Assembly (NCBI GenBank): GCA_000826855.1
Contig: JTLS01000058.1
Span: forward strand, 1-56,390
DNA from: Basidioascus undulatus
Lineage: Eukaryota
Length of the DNA stretch: 56,390 nt
Direction: 5' to 3'
Part shown: positions 54,912 to 56,390 of the stretch, piece after piece
How the letters are laid out: the number at the start of each line of letters is the position of its first letter
Numbering within the stretch: the stretch's first letter is position 1
Position numbers and translations under genes: made by a program
Notes under the pieces: generated by a model
Databases searched by the model: none
Seen by the model: only the letters and a program-made list of their open reading frames with translations
What the model was told of the DNA's origin: nothing

Positions 54912-56390
54912 GATGAAATGAAGTACGTTGTTCTCAGCGGGCGAGCGTTGACTTAAAAACTGCCGCCCCTTAGAAAGGAGGCTGAGTGCGTGAAGGACCG
55001 TCGGCGGACGGACTTGGAGACAACAGTCATGTCGACACAATCCCGCTTTGCTGCTACTGTGGTTGGGTAAACTTTTTAAGCAAACCAAGGCAACTTCAAA
55101 GTGAGAGCATTTGCACTTCACAAGCGAAGGGTGCCTGATACTTTGGTAAACTCAAGAGTCTGGAAGGTGGCTGCAGTGTGTCGCTGCATCGGTCTGTTCC
55201 GGTCCAAGATCTCCCCAAGTAATACCTGCCATAATCCCGCCATTTTACACCAATCTGGGTTTGTGTATTGTACCAAATTCCGATTCTATTTATCACCCAT
55301 CCAATTGAGATCTGGATGCTGGAGCAGTCATCTCCACTGATGGACACGGAGTCAAGGGTAGTTGTGAGACTTTGCTTAATTGCAAGGCCAGACCACACTA
55401 CCTACAATTTGACTGATCCAATTACATTTCCTGTCGCAAGACCAGTGTCCATCAACGGACGCTTGTTTGCATTGTGAGTATCAGATCTGTCCGTGGACAA
55501 ACTGCGGGATCCACCACGAAGGCACATAGACGCGTCAACCTGCGACGCTCTTTCTTTTCCTCTACCAACATCTGCTCCCCACTTCTCTCCCCTTGCCGCT
55601 ACCTCTATTCCGTCCCGTCTCTCTCGATCTCTTGCAGGGACATTCACGATGCACCGCACTCACGGCATGGAAGCCCAGTTTGGCATCGGTGGGGGCAAAA
55701 TCAATCCTGCATCGGTGGCAGCGTTCAAGCGTGCCGAAGCACACTTCCAGCGTGGCTATCGGAGAGGAACGCCGAACGTCAATGTCCTCTTTCTCGAAAA
55801 TATGGGGAACTGTATGGTCCTTGTAAAATGTCATTGACGGACGCATATGTGCAGATTTCACAATGGGCATGATCGAGACTCGCAAAGCACTCGAGCTGGA
55901 CTTTGGCAAATTCGGATGCCTGGCTGGATTCGATCCGAATTTGAAAGCATATCTTGGTACCACTGCGTGCACAGCCCTCGGCGTCAGTCCAACAGCCCAA
56001 TGTCGAAATGGAACAGGGGGAAGGGAGCAGACAGCCAACTTACAGCCCGCAACTCCTCCTCCGCCTTCACCTCCCTGACCTTCCTCAACAACCTGGAGTA
56101 GTGCGCCCTCCCCCACAGCGCGGAATTACTCCCCTCCGGCGAGGCTCCAACCCAAGCTCCAACTCCCTGCGCGCCTCCTGCACGTCCCCACCCGACGTCC
56201 ACAGCGCGACCCCGAGCCACAAGTGCGGCGCGGCATCCACGAAGCCCGGTGGGGCCACAGTGTCCCGCGCGGGCGCGCTCACTACGAAGCGCAGGTTTAC
56301 CACCGCCTCGCTGATTCGGCCTGAGTGCCGCTTCGCTTGCGCGAACTTCCGATGGCACCTGGGGAGCGGGGTGGGTGGCGGAGGGGAAAG

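Overview
Intron-rich, GC-rich fungal genomic DNA, most likely a basidiomycete (short GT-AG introns with CTRAY branch points, many micro-exons). I reconstructed exons by eye, so exon edges are approximate. Supported genes in order: 3' end of an unknown gene; DHA1-type MFS transporter (about 27 introns); flavin amine oxidase; a hypothetical protein; S10 serine carboxypeptidase; CDC48; a Nit1/NIT2-type amidase; tRNA-Ala(CGC); a putative mitochondrial P-loop protein; a HAM1/DUF4449-like protein; tannase/feruloyl esterase; ACS-type MFS transporter; PTS2-bearing 3-ketoacyl-CoA thiolase; PTS1-bearing 4CL-like CoA ligase; and an F-BAR/RhoGAP protein. Decayed relics (MIF4G-like, MYND-finger) lie between genes. 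The best candidate for an undescribed system is the four-gene block at about 36.2-48.7 kb (secreted aryl-ester hydrolase, organic-anion importer, peroxisomal thiolase, peroxisomal CoA ligase). It reads like a release-import-activate-shorten route for hydroxycinnamates. In this sequence its esterase has an in-frame TAG and its transporter has a broken splice donor. No CRISPR array, rRNA or intact transposon was recognised.
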